Positions 60,160 to 64,000 of a stretch of 64,000 bases of DNA are shown piece by piece. The position numbers and the translations under genes were made by a program. Below the pieces are notes generated by a model. It made no database searches, was not told the origin of the DNA, and saw only the letters and a program-made list of their open reading frames with translations. The stretch lies in assembly GCF_018350175.1 (NCBI RefSeq), contig NC_058383.1, positions 11,410,001-11,474,000 on the forward strand. The letters are read 5' to 3'. Source of the stretch: Felis catus. Lineage: Eukaryota. Position 1 is the stretch's first letter. Each line of letters begins with the position of its first letter.

Positions 60160-60900
60160 TGGGTGACCTAGGACCTTGTGTGCTAAGCGGAGGAGGTTTT
60201 ACTTTGTCTCCAAGGCAACAGGGAGCCTCAGAACATGTCAAAAGGAAAAATAACGTAATTGCATTTGTGTTCTAGGGCCAGGGTGTGGGCCGCCCGGGAG
60301 GGGACGGTGGGAGGGACAGTGAGATCTGTAAGGGGCTCTTGTTGGGGTTTGGGCAAAGAGCGAAGAGGTCCTGAACCAAGGCTCATATGGCCTTGAAGAC
60401 AAGAGTGTGTGGCAGATGCTGGGGAAGGAGTTGGAGGGATAAGTGCTTGGGTGGTATCTGTCCATGGGACATCCCAGATGAAATGTTAGATAAAGCGTTG
60501 GGCATGTGGGTCAGGGGATGAGCAGGGGAGCGTGGGCTGGTGAGGGAGACTGGGGGCTTAGCAGGATAAAGATGCTAAGGTCGTGCGTCTGAGTGACGCC
60601 ATCCAAAGGGAGAAGGCAGAGGATGTTGGGCACTCTGAATGGAGCCACGGGGATTCTCAAGAGAGGAGAGAAAGACCCAGCCGGACAAGGAGACAGAGGG
60701 ACAGAGGAGTCCAAGAGGTCACGGAGTTACAGAAATGGAGGAAGAAGATGTTTCTAGAAGAGACTGGTCCACAGGGTCAAATGCAGGAACATGAGGCAAA
60801 CAGATAAAGACTGGACGCTGCCCATTGGGTTGGCCTTCTGCGGTCCTAGGGGAGGGGTGGGTTGGCCTTTGGCAGTCGTGGTGGAGGGGTGGGTTGGCAG
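60160..60900 (-). mobile_element. L2 fragment
   Basis: caaggcaacagggagcc...ggtcctgaaccaagg...gggacatcccagatgaaatgttag...cacagggtcaaatgc...agataaagactgga. Confidence 0.6.
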
Positions 60901-62029
60901 AAGATGGTGGTGGGGTGGAGTGTAAGGGGATGGAAGGCAGTCACTGCCCCAACCACATGGATCTCTCCTTGTCCTCTCCCTCTACTTCGTTGCTTCGGCT
61001 GCTGTCCATGGGCTTGTTCTAACAAGCCCTACCTCCATTTGCCACTTCTGTTTCCTTCCAGACCCCTCTCCAAGCCCTCCTCTTTTCCGTATCTCACCTG
61101 GGAGGCAGAATTAACCTCTTCTTCACCCATGTCTTGGGCACTTCATTATACCTCTTAGGATATTGCGTTGTTATTTGTTAGCAGGACTTCAATGGTGATC
61201 TGTACCTATGTATAATCTCTAAGCATCCATTTATATCTGGGTGTCCTGCTGTCTTTCCTTCTTTTTGTCTCTCTGACCTCTAGGGCCACCCCCACCCTAG
61301 GGTCCCTAGGGGGACAGTGAGCGGGCGCCAGTCTCACCCCCCTGTATGACGACGCAGAAGCCGAGGCTCTGAGGAAATGCTTTCTGGAGTGTGGAAGGAG
61401 GTCTTTCCCGAGAGTCTGCAGAACCTGGGTCACCCTGGGCGTGGGAGAAGGGAGGGAGGGAGACCATCAGAGCAGAAGGGAAGGGACCTTGGAGGACAAG
61501 CTAGACAGTGGGTGGAGGCATGGCGGCCTTGTATGGGATGGAAAGGGAACCGTCACCTCCTGCCCGGATGGAACCAAACATGCCTCTTGAATCCCCAGTT
61601 TGAGAGGCGGGCACATGGGGCCCCACCACCCACAGGACCCTCTCTCTCTCAGGGGTCAGGGCGTGTAGGCCACCAGGGGCTGGGTCTTTCCTCCCTTTGT
61701 TTGCTGGGAGTGCTTGCTAACTATGGTTGAATTGCCCTAAAAGGCAGAACTGAGAATCTGGGCACTGGCTGGGTTGGCTCACTCCACCTGCCTGGGAACA
61801 GGCTCTCTTTTTTATTATTTCCTTCAACAAAGACATCAGAAGCTGGAAGCAAGGCTATCTGGGAACTCAGGAAGCCCCTGCAAAGCCCCGGGGTTCCTTG
61901 GGGATGGGTGTAAGCCAACCCCTGGGGCTGGGGCTGCGTGGGGTGGGGGTGGGCCCGCCAGGCACTGCCTGTCCCTGGAGACACACGCAGGCTCACCTCT
62001 GAGCACCGGCAGGCAGGATAACATTTCCC

Positions 62030-62880
62030 ACTGCCATTGATTTTTATGTCTTTCTACACTAATTAGACATGTTATTACTAATCTTTGGTAATCACCACAA
62101 GGGGCTTGTGGAAACTCTTGGAGATTTCAATCTAGATTAAAAATAAGCAACATTATCACTTCTGGGAAAATGCAGAGAAAGCGCATGTTATTCTAATGTT
62201 TAAATCAATAAAGCTGTCCTGCTTCTGTTTTGTGCTGGTATTGACGAAATTTATCAAAATCCCGTTTAAATTTCCTTCTGTCCATCTCATCCCCGCACGG
62301 GCACCTGATTGATTTCTGCGAGGGCATCTGCCGGGGGTGGGGTGGGGGGGCTGCTGGGGTAAGACAGCCCATACCCCTGGGCCTTAGGGCCAGATTGAAG
62401 AGACCTGGGAGGTGGGGGGAGTAGGAGGGATCACGGGACCTAGTTTCCACTCTGTTATTTTGATGTCTGTTGATTCCTCTTATTAAAGGAGCTTTTGAAC
62501 CCACAAGAAAGAAAGGGAGAAAATCCTTTCCTCCTTAATTAATCTCTCTTCCAATTGTTAAATCGCACACTTTGATTGCCAAACCACCTGCCTGCCCCGG
62601 GGCAGATTAAATCATGTGGGGGCATGAGGTAGGGAGGCGAGGCGAACATCTTAACCAGGGGTCCTGTCCCTGGGGAGCGGAGAAAAGAAATTATCTGTGC
62701 ATGGAGAGAATGCCATCTAGCACGTTTTCTCAAACAATTGAAACTAATTTGTTGACACAGGGAGAGAAATGAGCCTACTTTAATGTTCTGTAGAGACAGA
62801 CTGTAATTTGTAATACCTCTGATCAGAAATTGAGGTGGCATATGGACCCGAAGTGAAATAAGGCACAGTTAACTTTTTGC
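62030..62880. promoter_or_regulatory. Candidate enhancer-like block
   Basis: Repeat-free, with CTAATTAG, TTAATTAA, TGATTGAT, EBF-type TCCCTGGGGA and SOX-type AACAAT motifs; function inferred only. Confidence 0.4.
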
Positions 62881-63477
62881 CAGGCGTGGGGGTGGGGGAG
62901 GGGCAAACGCATCTCCGTGTGACATTGCCACGGCAATGTTTCTGGCATCGGCAGCGGGGACAGCTTGCGCACCCAGAAGGATGCCAATGTGTATCACAAC
63001 TCGGGAGGCGGCATGCGTTTCCATGCCTGCTGTGTTTGCCAGGAGCTGTACTCAGCTAGGCGCCAGAGCGGAGGGGCAGGATATAGTCTGCGGATCCGCC
63101 GCCTGCCTGGGTGGTGGTGGTGGTGGGGGCATCTCCAGAGTCAGCCTTGAGGCTGGAGCTCAACCTGGGGCTCCTGGTGCAGCAGCAGACTGTATGTGGC
63201 TCTGGGCGTGAGTTCAGCTTTCTTCCCAGGGGAAGATCTCCTTATTTCTTGAGACCCAGGGCAGCCAAAGTACTCGGGCTCCCCAAGCACTGTTTCATGT
63301 ATCTGTTTCCCCTACCAGACGGCGAGGTCCTTGAGGGCAGGGGTTGCATGATAACGATGGTGATGGAAATAATTGGGGCACGATAATCCACGTTACTCTA
63401 TATCAAGCACCTACCATGTGCCAGCTCTGACTCAGGCACCTTACTCACCCTTTCTGCAACCTGTCCAGCGAGGTAGG

Positions 63478-63680
63478 TGTCTTTGCTTGGACTGCTAAGA
63501 CAGAGTACCATGGACTGGATGGCTTCACCAACAGACGTGTATTTCTCACACTTCTGGAGGCTGCGAATCCAAGGTGAAGGTGCAGGCAGGTTTGGTCCTT
63601 GGTGAGGGCTCTCTTCCCGGCTAGCAGATGGCCACCTTCTCGCTATGTCCTCACATGGCGGGGGGAAGGGGACAGCGAGC
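63478..63680 (-). mobile_element. MLT1A-type MaLR LTR, 3' part
   Basis: ggactgctaagacagagtaccatggactggatggctt...ctcacacttctggaggctgcgaatccaagg...gatggccaccttctcgctatgtcctcacatggc. Confidence 0.85.
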
Positions 63681-64000
63681 GGGCGCCAGTCTCACCGCCA
63701 GCGCTGGCCCTTTTCCCTCTCACCACACTGTCTTCTGAGCTGAGCCCAGGTCTAGGGCTGTGCTGACGTTCAGGCATGCTGGTTGAAAGACAGAATGTCT
63801 TATTTGCTTCTGTGACGTCTGTCTGCTTGTGATTTTGTCCTCCTACAGCAACCTTCAGCTTCAGTGAAGTTCCCCCTGATGGAAAGATTCTAGAGAACCC
63901 CCAAGCCGTTTCAATGAACACTGATCTCCCTCAGAAGCTTCGGCTGGATCACCTCTGTTCCCAAGGAAGGGAGGGCAGCATTGATGAGATTTACCACGAG

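Noticed and set aside
1..64000. CRISPR array, operon or other prokaryotic/viral system; intact retroviral or transposase genes
   Set aside because: There are no regularly spaced direct repeats with unique spacers and no long non-repetitive ORF. All mobile elements are non-autonomous or decayed.
1..64000. Naming the locus or neighbouring gene
   Set aside because: I recognise no exon or landmark sequence, so any gene name would be a guess

Overview
Mammalian nuclear DNA from a carnivore, most likely a felid such as the domestic cat. The assignment rests on about 33 tRNA-derived Can-SINEs of SINEC_Fc type and on carnivore-type L1 3' ends. I find no credible protein-coding exon, RNA gene, CRISPR array or prokaryotic system. 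The listed ORFs either fall in SINEs, L1/LTR remnants and simple repeats or look like chance ORFs in GC-rich DNA. The window reads as an intergenic stretch or large intron. It contains Can-SINEs (many with visible target-site duplications), old L1M/L2/MIR fragments, MLT1 solo LTRs and DNA-transposon MITEs (Tigger2a, MER5, MER58). Between these lie repeat-free, AT-rich blocks dense in homeodomain-type motifs. The strongest non-repeat signals are a cluster of 10 TGACA (TALE-class) half-sites at about 1.0-1.4 kb and a PBX-HOX/PBX-MEIS motif module with a perfect hairpin at about 43.9-44.4 kb. Also notable are a ~1 kb CpG island at 54-55 kb abutting a ~970-nt almost pure polypyrimidine tract, and a motif-rich block at about 62 kb. 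Together these suggest, by inference only, an enhancer landscape of a developmental regulator gene outside the window; I cannot name the locus. Repeat subfamily names come from recalled consensus sequences and boundaries are approximate.
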